From Spirochaetota bacterium (GTDB taxonomy: Bacteria > Spirochaetota > UBA6919 > CBDBPB01), in assembly GCA_965208615.1 (NCBI GenBank), contig CBDBPB010000004.1, forward strand, positions 320,001 to 384,000: a stretch of DNA of 64,000 nt, given 5' to 3'. The notes beneath the pieces are model-generated. The model worked only from the letters and a program-made list of their open reading frames with translations, was not told the origin of the DNA and made no database searches. Each line of letters starts with the position of its first letter. Position 1 is the first letter of the stretch. Below are positions 62,547-64,000 of this stretch, one piece after another. Position numbers and translations under genes: made by a program.

Positions 62547-62903
62547 CTGCCAGATCCTCTTTACAATAATACACCTAAAATAAATAGTAATACCTAAATC
62601 TTAATCGAATTACACCAGTATATAGCAAAATTAACTGCCAACCTGCCAGATCCTCTTTACAATAATACACCTAAAATAAATAGTAATACCTAAACCTTAA
62701 TCGAATTACACCAGTATATAGCAAAATTAACTGCCAACCTGCCAGATCCTCTTTACAATAATACACCTAAAATAAATAGTAATACCTAAACCTTAATCGA
62801 ATTACACCAGTATATAGCAAAATTAACTGCCAAACTGCCAGATCCTCTTTACAATAATACACCTAAAATAAATAGTAATACCTAAACCTTAATCGAATTA
62901 CAC
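62547..62903. repeat. 96-bp non-coding tandem repeat, ~3.7 copies
   Basis: CTGCCAGATCCTCTTTAC... at 62547, 62643, 62739, 62835; stop codons in all six frames. Confidence 0.95.
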
Positions 62904-63321
62904 CTATATATACTAAAACTAACTACTGAAAATTATACTCCAATTATTAATGCCAAATAAACTATATCTATAACCTTAACTATAATTATATGTTAACTAC
63001 TTAATCTAATAAATAGCCTATAACATATTACTATGAACCTTTTAAAAGCCCATCCATTGACTTTAAACAATTTTTTTGTTATCCTTGTAAACAAAAGTAA
63101 ATTATAACCTAAATCATATTTTAAAAAAACTGTTATCTAAATATATGCATACTTAAAAATGGAAATGGGCTTCTTTAATATAAATCTTCTAATTAAAAAG
63201 TATACTATGAAATAAGGTTATAAACCAATATTAAAAATTATAACTAAATAACTAATAATAAATGTTCAAAGATTTAACCCTTAAACAATATATTAAAAAA
63301 AATGTATAATGTGAGACGCCT

Positions 63322-64000
63322 ATGAGTAAAGACTTGCCAAGCTCTATAGATATACAAAAAGATATAAGTAATTACTTATCCGATAAATACGGCGGACAGG
63401 TAGTAGTTAGTAATCCAGATGTAGAAGGTGGACAAGAAGGGGTTAGTTCAAAAAATACCAAAAAAAATGCAAACTTTAGCCTGAAACCCCTTGAACTAGA
63501 AAAATACCTTAAAGAATATGTAATACAACAAAATGAGGCAATCGATGTTCTGGCTACTAAAATATGTACCCACTTTAATCGTATGGTCTATGAAAAAACT
63601 CTATCTAGTAAAGAAAAAATTATAGGTAATGTAAAAAGTAATATCCTAATGGTAGGTCCAACAGGTGTTGGTAAAACTTATATCACTAAACTAATTGCCA
63701 TGAACTTAGGTGTGCCATTTGTAAAAGGTGATGCCACTAAGTTTACTGAAACTGGATACGTCGGCGGAGATGTCGAAGACCTGATTAGAGAACTAGTCCG
63801 TGAGGCAGATGGAGACATTACTTTAGCCGAATATGGTATTATATATCTCGACGAAATAGATAAAATTGCCTCCTCTAATAATCACTACGGACCTGATGTA
63901 TCCCGTACAGGAGTACAGAGAAACCTCCTGAAAGTAATGGAGGATACTGATGTTGAATTAAAAAGTCCTATGGATATGGCATCACAAATGGAAGCCGTTA
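63322..64000 (+). CDS. clpX: ClpX-like AAA+ ATPase without N-terminal Zn finger (runs off window)
   Basis: [54 protein letters not shown]. Confidence 0.85.
   Translation, partial: MSKDLPSSIDIQKDISNYLSDKYGGQVVVSNPDVEGGQEGVSSKNTKKNANFSLKPLELEKYLKEYVIQQNEAIDVLATKICTHFNRMVYEKTLSSKEKIIGNVKSNILMVGPTGVGKTYITKLIAMNLGVPFVKGDATKFTETGYVGGDVEDLIRELVREADGDITLAEYGIIYLDEIDKIASSNNHYGPDVSRTGVQRNLLKVMEDTDVELKSPMDMASQMEAV

Noticed and set aside
62625-62640. Sigma54 promoter in each 96-bp unit (TGGCAG...TTGC, minus strand)
   Set aside because: GG-to-GC spacing is 11 nt; the required spacing is 10
62547-62903. CRISPR array
   Set aside because: Whole 96-bp units are near-identical, with no unique spacers and no cas genes in the window

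Overview
AT-rich bacterial chromosome segment, probably from an LPS-bearing spirochaete. This is an inference from CheX, stand-alone fliG/fliL, waaA and a Leptospira-like conserved hypothetical. Most of the window is housekeeping and envelope genes: manC-like, asnB-like, bshA/bshC, glnE, accBC-efp-aroQ, waaA, murC, ctpA, lnt, mnmA, dapF, miaA, glgP, rpe, clpC and clpX. About nine genes are broken by 1-nt indels, mostly in homopolymers, most likely long-read assembly errors. No tRNA, rRNA, CRISPR array or transposase was found. The strongest unexplained signal is a non-coding 304-nt element present twice (37757-38060 and 62184-62487, about 90% identical). It has an 11-bp closing stem and internal helices whose substitutions are compensatory or G-U-preserving on the + strand, making it a candidate large structured multicopy ncRNA that I cannot match to a known class. 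Other observations: a promoter- and terminator-bounded sRNA candidate (~21198-21369), a ~135-bp palindromic repeat in three copies, a duplicated RHH/Bdr-like cassette with a variable coiled-coil core, a 96-bp non-coding tandem array, and several enzyme homologues missing catalytic residues (ManC paralogue, BCCP without the biotin lysine, signal peptidase I without its Lys).
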